NCBI GenBank assembly: GCA_037379345.1
Contig: CM074515.1
Span: 30,879,801 to 30,943,800 of the forward strand
Source: Perna viridis
Taxonomy: Eukaryota
Length of the DNA stretch: 64,000 nucleotides
Direction: 5' to 3'
The notes beneath the pieces are model-generated. The model did no database searches. It saw only the letters and a list, made by a program, of their open reading frames with translations, and was not told the DNA's origin. This document shows, in pieces, positions 34,319 to 49,380 of the stretch (the stretch's first letter is position 1; each line of letters starts with the position of its first letter). The position numbers were made by a program, and so were the translations under genes.

Positions 34319-37300
34319 TTTTTTTTCCGTACTTCCAGTTCAAAATTTTCAGAAACAATGGCACTTCATTAAAAATCGCAATAAATTGGTTCAAAACAAT
34401 TCTTTTAAGTACAGAAATACATGATATGATTGCTTTCTTCAAGGAGCTTAATACAGATTTTCTTGTAAATACTTCGACAATTCATCTTAATCTAAGACTT
34501 TACGTAAATAAACACTTGTCAATCATATGTTAAAAATGTTGCATTGTTTCTATTGACTATGAATAAGAAATGTACTTCGTGTGACACACCTGAATCGAGA
34601 TATTACCTAAACGAAGCACTAACAACATTTATGAAGTACAACATGTGGCTTTGAAGCAGGTTGATTTGGTACATAAGAGTTCATTGATTCAGACAGTCTT
34701 ATAAAGAAATGATCATGTCACACATTTAAGAAATTACGGATTAGGAGTGAGAGCTTTGATCAAGAGGATCATACAAGAGCAAACTCTGAATAATAAAAAT
34801 TATGATTGTTGCATGATGCAAAATCTGTGTCACTTGCATATCTAGTTAAAAATGCTAAGAAAAACAACGCACAGTAACATAACGTGTATAAAAAATAAAC
34901 ACGTGACAATTGTACACAAAAAAACCTTTGTTTTTTGGTAGGTTGACCAATGTACTTGTGTCACAAAATCCTGGCTAGGGAGGATACTTTTACCCTTTCT
35001 GAGCACCTGGTGTCATTCCCGCGTGTGTGTGTGTGTGTGTTTACTGTCTCGTTTTCCATATCTGAAGTTTTTGTATGTAATTTTCTATCATTTCGAAGTA
35101 TGCATGGTGTATGTAGGTCGTCTGTATTTCATGTTTCCACGGTTTGGCTATGTACCTTGCTCCTGATGTATCTGAATTTTCCTTCTTTTGTTTTTTGTTT
35201 GTTAGTGTATATACGTTTTGTTTTTCTTTCGTTTTGTTTTTATTTGAATCGCTTTGTTTGTTTTTGTATGAGTTTTTTATGTTGTTCCTTTGTTGGCAGT
35301 TGCAACGTTAAGGACTTCGTTTTAAAGACAGGTCGATACCAACTTAAGTCACAATCTTAGATAAAAATGTAAAAATATTGTCACAATCAAAAAAACTTAC
35401 AGGCAATTAGAACCACATTGAATGTAAACGGTCAAATGTTTTTACTTCAAATGATATAAATAGCTTTGATCGTTTCTTCCGCAATCAATTTTTTTTATCA
35501 GAGAAAAAGTATTTACGTTGATTCTGCAGTAAGAAGTACCTTGCGGGATATAGTAATTAAACAAGGACAAATCTGCGTACAAATCATGAAACACATGTGT
35601 AACGCCAAAAAAAGACAACAGATGGAGACCAAATCTTTCGACATAAAAGAATTGAAAAAGTCGAAACAGAAAAAAGAAAATAACAAAACCCACAAGTTTA
35701 AACCTGGAAATGAAGATAATCAATTCAAAAAATAAACATTGTCCACAGTCAGGAGAAGTTGGTTGTGTCATCGTGTCGTTTTTGACTTTTTAGTTTATTT
35801 TGAAGAAGTGTCATCGTTCTTCTACCGTGGATTTTATTACTAAGAGGTGTGTTTACACTTAGTCTTGTTGAGGACCTTTTGGTGATCTCGGAAAGTATTT
35901 ACTATTATTATACATGTTATACGATGATACATTTGTTGCGTTTCACCATATCTTTTCCTGTTTCAATTTTTTTTTCGCAATGCTAAATCTGTACACTATT
36001 TCGGATTTTGTATCGATCTTTGTAGCAGCTAGGATCTAACACTCTAAAAGGTTTGAAGTATTTGCAACTTAATCATTTTATTTCACTTAATATATACAGC
36101 GATTGCAATAACACATATTGTTCAAATGCTAATTAAGGTACACTCAACCCAAATAATTTAATCCGAAATATATTACTTCACGTATTATCAAACCTATATT
36201 GAACATGTAACATGTTGTATATACGTGGGCTGAATTAGGTAGAAGACTAAGTATTCTCCTGAAGAAATAGTAAATGAAATGAGCTAATAATGAATGACTG
36301 AGCAAAAAAAGAGGAAATAGAGGGAAGTAAACGAATGAAACATAATAAACCGATGGTTAAAAGTAGTTTGACTGAATATTGTTTTCTGATTCTTTTGTTA
36401 CGCTTATTAATTGTATGCATGATTTTTGCATATGGTTTATATTTATATATATATTTTAATACAGCAATTTTTTTACGCTGCGGCAGTCACTAAATACAGT
36501 TATTTACTGTAAACATTCATATAGATAATATTTGCGGTGCAATGAAATGCAAACTGTAGTCCACTTTAAGTTTTCCTCTTCCGCTCTCGAGCAAAAAGTT
36601 GAAAATTGAAATAAATTGGATCTCATAATACAAACCACTTTTTCATGGTAACTAAGTTAACACAAAGCTACGGAGCCCCTGATAGGGAAATACATGCGAA
36701 GAAACTAATATCTTATTGTGCGCATAAAATAGATACTGTGCGTTCAAAATTCCATCGTTCATTATTATCAGTAGTGGCCATTGGTTAAAAAATGTATTTG
36801 CTTATTTTTTCACGTTATATCGGCATTTCTAGCAGCGAAGTGTAATTCCTTTTGCAATTGACAAAGGTAGAAGAATTGAAGAAAAGTACCAAAAGGAGAG
36901 ACCAAAATACAAGCAAGGATTCAAAGAAGTTCTGAGTGTTGGAAAAAAAACTTACACACACCATATGTTGAGAGAGAAAAAAAAATATTGATTTGGTGCA
37001 AATACGAGCAAATAATAATCTGGAACTCTTCATTTCTTGAATGGCACTTTTGAAAATCTCTAGATCTGCGATTGTAGTCGGATTTACAATTATAGTTACC
37101 TCCCTTTCATTTACAGGTTGAACCAGGCATCAAATTCAAATTATAATATTGATTTTGATACTAAACAGGACCAAACAAATCAGTATTGTCAGTACTCTAA
37201 TAAAATGTAAAAAAAACAATTAACAAGTGCTAAATTACAAAACGTCAGTCAATATAATATACTATATTTTATTTTATGGACATCAATTTACTTATAACGT

Positions 37301-39121
37301 ATACACCTGTTTCAATGTATGTCAAAGGAACGAAGTAATAAACAAAATACGTATTCATTTTTTGGGAAAATTAACAGGTTCTTTTGCTTGTCATAGCAAT
37401 ATAGGAATGATTCATATAAATTCTATGCTGATATGTGTAAGAAAACGCTCTTAAATTATAAAGAAATACTGTAAAATCAGTACAAAAAGGATGTTTCAGA
37501 ATTCTTAATAGTTTTTCATATTGTAATTTGCACATATTTGGAAATGACGTCTTGTCATTTAAGACTGTAATTTAGTCTCCAAACACCATTTATATCATAT
37601 AAAATATATGTAAATCGCTTTAGGGTGTAAATTCTGCTGCAGTTTGTCAATGGGTCATGATGTACCTATAAATTTACGAAATTAAAATTGTAGTATTTTA
37701 ACAATAAATTACTGTTGGATAGTTTTACCGACAACTCCTTTATGACAAAGGACATAAGTTAGCTTTCTGAAATTCTGCGGCAGTTTTACAACGTCAATGT
37801 TATAGAAGTCTTGGTTGTGGTAGAACATCGGGATTCAAAAATGACATTAGCTATTTAGTATTAATTTCCGTAAGGAGCGATATACCAGCGTAATTTCTGG
37901 TTCATTTCGGAATTGCTTATTATTTCTGTACATTTCCTGAGTTTGAGACTTCGACAGTGATTAATTTTGTATTGTTTTTTTTTTTTTTTTTTTCTGCTTT
38001 TGTTTTTGTTTTTGTTTCTCTTTGTTATTTATTGACTAGTATTTTGTAAGTCTCAGTGGTACTCTTTGTTGTTATATAGAGGGAATATCCGAATATCCTA
38101 CCAAAACCATTATTCACACTTATTGAAATAATCACTACAAGGAGAAAACAAGAAGACGTCACACTTAATAAATTTTGACTTTCATAACAGTTCGGATTTT
38201 TTGTTTTGTTTGTTTGTTTTGTTTTGTTTTTTGGTTTGTTTTTTTTTTTTTTGTTTTTTTGTTTTTGTTTAATTATTATGGTTATGATACGTTGATCCTC
38301 TCTTCACTGTAACAATGCTTTACACCAGATAATGGACGGGACGATCGTACGTATAGTAAACAGACCCGGCTATAACTACCTAAACTTATTCGCGCCCTTG
38401 TGGGTTGGTGGAAATAGTAGTTCTTATCACTTTTGATTGCCAGACGAATTGGAAGTAAAATTCGTAACGTAATGGAAATTCGTATGATCACCAAAATACT
38501 CCTCCCTTAATTTCATCACGTGTAGTGTTGTTCATGGGACAAGCAGTGAACGAAAATGGCAATGCCGTCGAACTACATTTTTTTTTATTTTACTTGCAAA
38601 GTTTCATTGCTCTTTTGGTAAACATTATGTTGACTTAACCTGCTTTGGTCAGATACTTTTCACATAGATTGTTGTAATTCATTTCTTGAAAGACTCATGA
38701 ATGCTAGAACAGCTTAACGCATTTACCATGGAGTAATAGACTACTGCCTCCCGGGAATACATCATTTACACGACAGTAATTTTCATTAGATATGCAAAGT
38801 ATGCGGATATTTTTGTCAATGTTGTTATTGGAAGTTTTATTCTTTTACGCATAAATCATTTCTGTGACATATTTTTATTATTTATATTAATACGAAAACC
38901 TACAGTTTCTTGTTCATGTTCCCGAATTGAGTCAAATGAATGATTAAGTACAAGAAAGAATATATCGATTCATTGTTTTTAACCTGAAACAAAAAAATAT
39001 CAGCCATTGAATGCATATTCCTTGTTGCCTTATTCTCAATTTCTTTTAAAATAATAGAATTCCCGCTTTACGATTCCAGATTTCTTCTCGTTAAACGAAG
39101 CCGGACATCAAATTCATTAAA

Positions 39122-39344
39122 CAATGGCGGACCCAGAGTTTTAGGTAAGGGGGGGGGGCAAAAAAATTCTTGGCAGGATCACCGTTGAGGATCACGAAGT
39201 GATCCGAATTTGCTAGGAGGGTTTGGCGTCATGCCCCCAAGAAGATTTTGAAATATTAAACCTCAAATCCTGCATTCTGAGGGTATCTTCAACAATTTTT
39301 CAACAATTTTTAAAAATTGCAATTTTCTAAGGGATCCGCCACTG
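39122..39344. mobile_element. hAT-like MITE (CAGTGGCGGATCC-type ends)
   Basis: caatggcggaccc ... gggatccgccactg; no clear TSD; related single ends near 57335, 57945 and 63610. Confidence 0.6.
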
Positions 39345-41863
39345 ATTCTGTTACAAAATATACAACCAAAAAGATCACCTGTTTGTCTGTTTAAACCGAT
39401 GTATATACATATTAACCCGGTCCCCATTTCAATCTCCCATTTCCCATACGCAAAAAAAAAATCTGAAACTCTCTGGACTTTCTGTTCGTTTTTAATTCTA
39501 AAATAATAAAATCTAATTGATCCCAAAACGTAATATATGGTTTTGCTAATTAGATTAGTATGCTTCTTTCTTTTTTCTGCAAATATTTGTGTTTTTACGA
39601 CAAAAATCAAATACAATGCATATTCATGCATGTTCAGCATTGAATAACTAAAGACAAGAAATTCACAGGTTCTTAACGGATTAAATATCTGATAATTTAA
39701 CTCATTTTGTCGCCTACGAGAAGTAACAAAGCGCTGTGCAGATGTAAAAATTTATGAACTTGATAAATGTACTTTTAAAGTTTTTGGCAATAAACAGTAA
39801 TCCAATACATTGAAAACTACGAAAAAAAGATAGGAATAAAATTGCATAAGCAATTGATGACGTCATTAGTCAGGAAAGTTGATAAATCTTCCTAAAACGA
39901 GTATAATTTTTCAGAAGTTATTTACTCGTTATGTGTTAAAACTTCTCAAGGAAATAAGCAAACTGTGTTAATTACTTTATAACCTGCCGTGTCGGTAATA
40001 GCATAGATTATTGGTCTAGAGCAGAACATACTATACTTTATTGGTCGAACATTCCAATCAAAATACATGAAATAGGGTGAACAATTACACATTACACCTT
40101 AATTTACAGAGTCGATAATTTTGTTTCAGTTTTGTCCACTTTAAATCTGTGAGTCTGGTTTATGTTTTATATTATTGTATTAATCGGTGACTCCTGTGTT
40201 TCTAGATATTTATGTTTTTATTGCGTTTTCATTTATGGCTAATCTGACCATTAATCACGACTAAGACTACAAGACGAATTTGTAAATAGGTGTTACATGT
40301 GTGGAAAGGTCCTCAATACAACCTCAAACGTCTGACCCCAAAATAACATCAGATACATGACAAGTGGCCTAAAAGTTACTTAATGCCAGCGGTGTAACCC
40401 AAACAATGCATTGTAGTTACCCGAACACCCAAGTTAATGTAATTTCTCGTAAATCACGGGAATATCCGAAAAGATCAGTGACACTATTAGAGTGTCGTGT
40501 CAGTAACATTATAATATTAATACTCTTAACTATATATATCAGATCAAGTTTTTAAAGATAGTTTTCTGATAAAACACAATTTTTTTTTATTTTTTTTTAT
40601 GCGCATACAATAAATTCTCGTATTTCAGTTAATTTCTACTTATTAACTATCTGATATAAATCGGTATGTGGCATACATTTCTCGTATGATACTTCGTGAG
40701 CAAATTCATAGCGACCTAGATTCGAAGACATTCACCATTTTTGCTGAATGGTGTTATGACAAATGACCTTTTTCTGTGTACCAAAATACCAATTTTTTTT
40801 TATAAATATTCCAAGTTTAGATACTTTTTATTGAAAAACAAGGTCAATTTAAAATTTGACTTGCTGACCCTGACCTCCCTGAACAACCTTAAACATTTAG
40901 ATGGTTCTAGAATTTCTATAAGGCGTGTGTTCATTGCACGATTTTGTTTCCATGATCACAAGAATCCTTTAAAATGGCGAATCCACATAGGCGTTCCATT
41001 TGTACCAGATCGCAAACAACACCGTTGGTTAATAATTATAACATAAACTTGAACTGCATTTTATCTTAATTTATTTTCAGCTACAAACAGCTTGCAAGTT
41101 CTGAACCGGAAGCCAGTGCCTTTAGTGCGATATTGTAATTTCAAATTCTATGGCAGATTACATGTATATATTCTTCGACACTTGTACAGGAAGTAGCTAC
41201 AAAAAGTGAAGGTAAAAGGTCACTTTGGTTTACACTGTTATTTAAAAAACAAACATTTTACTGGTCAAACATATGCCGAACTTCTCGTTACATGGGCTGC
41301 TTTTTTCAAATATACGGAAGACATTAGTTGGTCTTATTTATATAAGCGTTAAAACTTAAATTCATTTAAGACAACACATGTAAGGCCAAATAATTACTGT
41401 TACGATAATATACGTACATGTACTTTAATATTGACCATTGAACAAAAAGATCACCCGGTCATATTCTTTAAAATGCGGATAATTACGTCTCAAGTGTTTG
41501 ACACAATCTATACTTCAAGATTTCTGAGTTCTACAATATCACTTGAGATATAAAAATATTGTTTTATTTTGAAACTATACTTTACTTTAAAGGCATTCAA
41601 CCATTTTCTGGAAGCAGAACCTATGGAAGCTCAGTGGAGACATATAAATAATAATGATAACATCTGTATATCAATATAGTATATTGCAAACTATATAGAT
41701 AAATTCCGTATCATCTTCGAACAATATCAGCACTCGGGACAAAGGTCCTTGTGTTGATATAATTACCCTATAAATAGCACGATATAGCATTTGATGCAGA
41801 TTTAATCGTGAATTATTCTCTAAATATAAATTTATCATATGGTAAAAAGATAAATATTTGACA

Positions 41864-41957
41864 TTTTTCATTTTGCTCTTGTTATCAGCCCAAGGCTGAT
41901 GTTGTTTACCTGGCCGATATCAATTTTTTGGGATGATAACAGAAGCAATATGAAAAA
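41864..41957. repeat. Foldback inverted repeat (MITE core)
   Basis: tttttcattttgctcttgttatcagccc ... gggatgataacagaagcaatatgaaaaa. Confidence 0.6.
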
Positions 41958-43565
41958 TAGCATAACAAGTAAGAAGGCGGTTCTTGAAGAGGGGGTGCTT
42001 GGCTGATAATAACACAGAGAGCATGCTGCAGATGTAGGGAGCTGATCAATTTTTCAAGTTAAATTGATAATTATTTGGTGTGCTTTCTTCATGTATTATG
42101 TTTGTTCCTTAAATCTTATTAAGATTTGAAGGCAACTGTTTGTCTAACCTTCTTCACACATAGTCATCATGTTATTGTTGAGATACTTGCATTCTGTCGT
42201 TAATTTTCAAACACATCTAACTTTATCATGAGATATATCTTTAATATTCAAATTCAAATAATATAAAAATGTAAATTCGGTAGTATTAAGAGACTTATTA
42301 CAGATGTATTTTTCTTACGGTTTTGTGCATTTATTTCAGCATGAATACATCGTGAATCATTTGAAAATTATAGGAACGTTACTAACTTGCTATTTTATCT
42401 CTAAATCTTCTTTCAATGCTTTCTTAAAATATTGAAATACGAATTAAAAAACGAAACTGAATGTGTTATTTAAAACACCTTGCGGTATTATTTTATTTTA
42501 CGTTAAACCTTTAATTCCTTTAAGTAGTCAAAATATTACACCCCCTAGGTGTCATCTGTGTCAATAGGGACATATTTAATATAGTTACAATATTATTTTT
42601 GTCATAAAAAAATTGGTGTTGTTTTAACAATACTCCAGTGCATTTCAAATGGCATAAATGTCGAAATTTTAATGAAAAGATTGTTATTCACCGATATTTC
42701 AGAGCAGGATCTAGGGGTATGTTACAGGGTTTAGAACCCTGACTTTGACTGCGAACATTTGTTCATTTTGTGCTAATACAACATCGTCAAAAACCCGCAT
42801 AAGCATTTTGTATTCTGATATATCCCCACAAATAATGTTGCGTGGAAAGTTCTGAATGCATCGCTTCAATAGTTTCACGAACATCATTTTATACTTGTTG
42901 ACCAACATTTTAGCATCGATTTCCATCATGCATGAGGATAAATTTATCCACGTTCATATAGTTTTCTTTTTTTTTACTCACCATCTGACTTGCACTTTGT
43001 ACCTGTTTAGTCATGACCTGTTGACCTACACGATATACTGAATGCCTTTTTTTTCTAATAGTTTTACCCGTCTCATGGTCGTCAAATTTAATGAGTTTAT
43101 CGCTCTGATGATCTGTTGATGACCGGCGAAAAAAAGAACAATTTCATATCCTTTAATATAACCTCTTAATCACGTTTATATATTTGAGAGCATCAGCTTA
43201 TCGCTTTATAAAGATAAATAAATTCATATTTTACTAATATAAACCTCAGAATATACAAAGATTGTCATGAATTCGTACGTAATGGTCAGTGACACGGGAC
43301 TTTACATGATAAAGAGGACACATAAATTTTATCATATGAATTATTAGATTAATGTCGTTCCTTTCACGTCTCTTAAATAAGTGATTAAATAATCTTAAAT
43401 GATGTATTTTCGCTTGTTCACACCTTTTTGACCAACTACAAGTAGTTACTTGTCCTTGCTGTCAAGATACGCAGATGTCCCGTGATTTAAAGTACTATTA
43501 CTATTGTCATATCCTTTGTAACCTACAATATATTGATTTGTAGATTTCTGCATTTGATACGGTTT

Positions 43566-43942
43566 TTATGTGTAAGTGTTTGTAAGAATCAGGCAAAATG
43601 GGAAAAATCATAAACATGCATGTCAAAACCCAACCCATCTGACAGTTATATCACTCAAGGATGCTTCCTCTTGTGATCTCTGCATCATTGGATTTGCTCA
43701 GAAATTTTTCAATAGAATGTTAGAAAAATGGGGTTTTCGACAGAGTTATCTGCTCTTGAAATGTTTATTTTCAGTGCATTTCAATGAAATTATAACTCAA
43801 TGCACCAACATGATATGGAAAATCTTGTCTTTTTTTTCTCAATTCTGATGGTACAAACAGTCAAATTTAACTTTCAAAGTGGTGTTTTTTTTTTATACAA
43901 TGTTTCACCAACTGCCTGATTCTTACAGAGACTGACACTTAA
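43566..43942. mobile_element. MITE family B, complete
   Basis: gtgtaagtgtttgtaagaatcaggca ... tgcctgattcttacagagactgacacttaa. Confidence 0.85.
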
Positions 43943-44043
43943 GTATTTTTTTTTATTTACCTTTCAACGTCGAATTTGTATATCAGGTCAATTAACAGGT
44001 ATTAGCTGTACTGCATACATGTATATCTTGTCGATTACTTTAA

Positions 44044-44120
44044 ACGTTTTACCCTACCGATGCACATGGTCCGTGTTCACAGCCGTTTGATTTGGTATTT
44101 TGTCCACTTTGCTCATTAAG
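44044..44120 (+). mobile_element. Diverged Penelope-like 3' UTR fragment
   Basis: accctaccgatgcacatggtcc ... ttgctcatt. Confidence 0.5.
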
Positions 44121-45099
44121 CATAGGAATTCTCATTTCACCTCTGGTGATGCATTTCTTTTTTATTAATCATGGAGATTCCCGCTTCATCCGTACCGAAG
44201 TAGAGATCCCATAAATTAGCAATTTTTAACAATGATATGGTATTTCAAAGATTTTCAAGACATACTAATCCATCGATGTTACATAACCTTTTACATGTTT
44301 GCATTTAATAAATGTTAATTTTAAAGATAAAATAGCTAATAAATTTTGTATATCTTCTTAGTATCTACACAGAGATGTGCATCTAGTTACAAAAAAACCA
44401 GATGATGTCATTTAGCATTAATTTGAAATATGTTGAAATAAAGTTTGATATTAAAGTTTGCTCTCATTTTTGAAATCATTAGACTTAGGAATAAATCATG
44501 GGACTTGAAGATATGATGGTGTCGATTTAAACACAATAAAGTATAAAGCAAATGTCTTCCTGAAACAATTATGCAGGAAAGTTTCTATCTCATTAAATTA
44601 TTTCTGATTTAAAAAAAAAATACTGCATTTTAGTTATCTTATAGTCAGGTTTAACCTACATATACTTTTGAAATGGAAGTGAAGATTGGACAATTTTGAT
44701 AGTCGGAATGCAATAGCAATAAACGTTGACTTGTTTATTAAACGTTTCCTGATTCTACTTCCGGTTAGTCAGGTATGCCATTTGTAAACATTGAGCACAA
44801 ACTTATGGAGCATGATGAGAGATCATGAAAAATAAACACCGATACAACGAATAACAAAATATAACAATTGAAAGCATTCAAAAGAAAACATAGGAAAAAT
44901 CTTTTAAGAAAAGTCAACACGGACAGAAGCATGCAACATAAGAATATATGAAAGGCATATATATCTACTATGAGCATTGTTGAAAGATATGAAACTATGC
45001 GACATTGTGTTACTAAAAGTGTTTGTCCATTCTTTTTTTTTTATTTCTTATTTGCTTTTTAGTTTGTTTGGTATTTCTGGTTATTATAAGTTGTGCGTG

Positions 45100-45130
<31 letters not shown>

Positions 45131-46113
45131 ATTGTAGTTTGCTTTTTTTTTATTTAATTTGTTCGTTTTAAGTTTTATTTTGTACTTTGTACTTACGAAA
45201 ATCCTTTTCCTTTTTCACATATACATGTAGTAAAATGTATGTTTCGGTACGTATGGTTATAACTTATTCATATAATGAAGACATGTAGGCTATATTTATT
45301 TTTAATTTGCATATCAGAAAAGAATAGTTTCCTAAATGAAGACCTAAAGACAGTTCAATACGAAAAACGATTCAAAAAGAGAAAGATATGAAGTCATCAT
45401 TATTGAACAAAAAACGAAAACAGCATACCGAAATAAACATTAGAGCTGTTTAGAAATACAGCAGCAGTCAACGTCATTGTATTTAGACCTACGTGAATTC
45501 CATCTCGTGCTTACATAAATTCATTGGCGTACTATAGCTTCTGATACTTTTATTGAACTAGCGTTTATATAATTTACAAGAAAGTAAGTAAACATCGAGG
45601 TCTTCACACCTGTGAATTAAACGTTCAGAAATATTATGATCTTCTGACGTCGATGATTTATATTTGCCTGAAGTATGTCTTCGTCTACGTCGTTGTCCGT
45701 ATTGTTGAATTCACCTTGACTTGGTTGAGATTCATTGACTTATATTTGATTTTTCCCTAAACAGGCCAGTGCCTACAAGTCAATATGTAAAACCAAATGC
45801 AAATATCCATTTCCCAAATGCAATTTTAAAAAATCTTTTTCTACTGACCATGATAAAATAGATACTTAAATTTTGTCGTTCACAATTTGAAAATATTTCA
45901 TAGTTTTTGGGGGTACCTATAGTTACACAATAAAGTAGAAAACGATGAGGCTTTTAAGAAATAAAAATGAGTTGTAAATTAATTTTTTAATAAATCATTC
46001 TTCTCTGAAAAACACAATTTTGGGTAATACGAATATGGAGAATCTTCAAATTTAATGTTGTACACCTTTAATTTCTTGCTTGGAAATTCAGGGGTGCCTC
46101 CGTCGTCTACCAC

Positions 46114-46275
46114 TTAAGAAGGTGGACCTAGGGTAAGGGACATAACTCTTGAAATCAGTGATATGCTTGCATCATATTCAATTTCACCAAAGCCTTTCAA
46201 GCTTTCATTTGAAACAGAATGAAATCAATCCAAGTTACTTTGATGCTTACATGAGGTTGACGTACAATGCTGAAC
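46114..46275. mobile_element. MITE family A, partial
   Basis: ttaa-gaaggtggacctagggtaagggacataactcttgaaatcag. Confidence 0.8.
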
Positions 46276-46660
46276 AGTTTAAGGGAATCTCAGCCCAGTA
46301 TATCGAATGAATGAATGAATGGATTTAAAAATAAAAATAATAATAAATTACCCTCAACCTATTTGCATCAAAACTACGTTATATGTTATATGTTGATTAT
46401 TCAATTATTTTAATGCTTCTTTGATTTCTGGTGATTCTGGTGGATGATCATAAAAATGTAGAGAACGGAAAGACTTTTGGTATAAAATAATATAGAACAT
46501 TTATCCAATTACTTTAAGTGTGCATTCAGATGCATGTCTGGTTATAAACTGACTTGTACTTTCCGTTTATGTGAAACGGTCATGATCTTTAAATAACATA
46601 GAACGAAATATTCCATTATATTTGTGTAATTTTTTCTCCTCATTGAAACCATTTTAATTA

Positions 46661-46819
46661 AGAGATAATTCTGGATGCCGAGCTATATTCTTATTTTAAC
46701 AGTGGTAGACATTTGTCATTATTTTTCACCAAGCGTCAGAGAGGTGTACAATCGTGAGTAATATAGTGCCTATCCATGTTAAAATAAGCATAAAGCCCGG
46801 CATCCAGGAATTATTTTCT
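46661..46819. mobile_element. Foldback MITE with ~50-bp TIRs
   Basis: ataattctggatgccgagctatattcttattttaaca / tgttaaaataagcataaagcccggcatccaggaattat. Confidence 0.75.
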
Positions 46820-49346
46820 TTTTTAACATGAAAATGTCATTTTTGTCAGTGGTGCGTCCTTGGGAAAACGAAATTAATGTTTAACTCTTCCAATCACCTA
46901 TCCATGGCATTGTTTACAATAAAGCGCAATTATTTCAACTGTTTCATCAATAATATTTTAAATTCATGTATATAATTATACTAAGAAGTAACATTTATAA
47001 TTAGAAAACGAAAATTGAATCGCATTTACATATAGCAAACCAACGGATTCGTATCAAGACGTCAATAAGGTCGTTAAGGTTAGTCTAACAAAATATTAAC
47101 AAATCACGATCCTCTGAAACACATTACATTCTTTGTGAATTACATTTCAATGAGATCATGTCCTTCAATGCTTCGCCGAAATCAATGTGGCCAAAACAGC
47201 CACTTTACATGTGTCATATAGCCGACTGGTATTTTGAACACGTTAATATTTCTGTGTTCTTATGTTGTACGCCAAGATCGAAATCGAATACGGGCGTTTC
47301 TTAAGAAGTACTATTGAGTTTTTGCTTTCATAATTAGTAAACGATTTCAATCGATGAATACAATGGAAAGCGACCCGTTCATTACAATGAATATTGCTCA
47401 AATGCGAGCAGGGTTATACGCTATTTCGAGACCTTCTTTGTTTACAAAGTGTGTCACGCCATGTTAGAATTGTCTTTTAATGGCGTTTTTAAAGGCATGA
47501 TTCTTTTGTGGAACTATGCTTAAGAAAGAACCAAAAGACTTATGCTTTGTTTGTTCCCACTGGCCTTCAATAACAGACGGCAGATATTTTAAAATGTATT
47601 CAAAAGTCAGGTCCATGTAATAAAGGCATTCACTTCTCTTATCGGTATTTATAGTGTCTATCCTTTGACGCCAATGTCTGACATGAAAAATGCTTAAATA
47701 TATTTTGGGGAGCCACTGTGACTTAAAGTGCTTTTTTAAAGTTTTGAAGCCCTTTTCAGATTTTGCGGGTATTATCAGTAAGTTTTGTGTGATATTCTTC
47801 CATAATCTTACCTTGATATTTTTAAACACAGAAGATACACTTGAACTGCTTAGCTGACATTCAATAGTTCTCAAGGTGCACTCGAATAACACTTAGGAGT
47901 TAATGTCATTCTTCTTTTGTTATTCTTCCCACCCGTTGAACTCCTCTAACACTGCACGTTTTTGACTTCCGTTTTTTAAACAGTACGATGCTACACGAAG
48001 TTGTACATTGTATTTAATTTCTAACTACAAAAAATTCTTGAATATTTCAAGGACCTTGTCTTAGTTTTCTGTTAAGTTTTATACTATTTTCTGTTGCTAT
48101 TTAATAAAAAAATATATTTTTTTTACTTAGAACGGAATATTAAAGCATACATGTATTCCTGTAAGTGGGCAAATACTTGAATTTCGAGATGAAACTAGAC
48201 CAGGAGACAATTATGTTTCGATTTTCCTTCTGCGACTCCGTCGATCCGCCAAGGGGGAAAAGCTTACTTTGTTAAAACTAAAAATTGGCGACGTTATGGG
48301 GAAACTAAGATATACAATGCTGAAACACGTGTTTTTAGCTGCCGACAAATATAAGCAAATATTTAAACTTGCACTCGATTGTGCCAAGCGGAGTAAAAAT
48401 GTCCTGTCGGCACATAACTTTCATACTTTGTTGTAAGGAATTCTTTCGATCGCCTGGCTAAAAGGCAACTGACGAAAACAAAGAATCAGTTAAGACAGAT
48501 ATTTATTTTGTTACTATACAATTACTTAGCAAACTAACCAATAATAATAAAACAATGAAAAACTTCGTTTGTCTTGGCCAAGACAATTTATCAAAAGACT
48601 GGAGAAAATAGGGTCATCGGTAAAAACCTTGAAGTAACAATTTACATACTTTTTTTTGTTATATCTCGACATAATTACAAGAAAAATATACACTTCATCA
48701 AGCACTCTTGCTGTGAGAGAAGATACTGCCTGGAAGATACTACATACAATAAACTTTGCCAAGACATAAACACCCTCATTAACACAGTTATGGTCTTTGC
48801 TGTTCTTGCATATTGCAGGATGAAATGAAATCTACCTGTTAGATTGTTTTAACTCGTTGTGGTGCATATGATCCTCTATTGTGTCTGGCTCGATAAGGTC
48901 TACCATAATCTAAACAGCTGTCTCTTGGAAGTTCATCTCGGTAGAGTTACTAGTAAAGATCTGATTAAGGTGAAAATTCAATTTAAGAACACTTGATAAA
49001 CGGTATCTTATTGTCTTGTGATAGATTCAACCTTAGAGTTGCATGATAATATCGAAATTTGCACCTGGTGCAAGCTAGTGCGTTTTAACCTAGGATCAAA
49101 CAAAACAAATCGTTTATTTTCTCTGCATTCCATTTTTCGAATACATCTATTTGAATACATGAACGTTTGTTTGTTCTTTATCTTCCGTTCTTACATGTAG
49201 GTTGGTGGATTGGTTACTGGTAGTTTTTCGGTTGGCAGGTTGGATGGATAAGTATTTACAATCTTGCAAAACCTGTTCAAATCAGTGACTCTCCCTATTA
49301 CAAAAAATATTGAGTTCTTCAGGTGATATATATATATATATATTAC

Positions 49347-49380
<34 letters not shown>

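Noticed and set aside
34950-35771. Hydrophobic F/V/C/L-rich ORFs (also 44977, 52351 and 55548-55852)
   Set aside because: Translations of T/G-rich low-complexity tracts and decayed repeats; no domain signal.
36815-37033. Signal-peptide exon for serpin 3 (MKSSRLLF...MVC|gtaagt)
   Set aside because: The donor is phase 0 while the candidate acceptors are phase 1, and the peptide is a poor signal sequence; left unresolved.
41081-41211. Internal coding exon (ttttcag| ... aag|gtaaa)
   Set aside because: Stops in all three frames and no supporting neighbouring exons.
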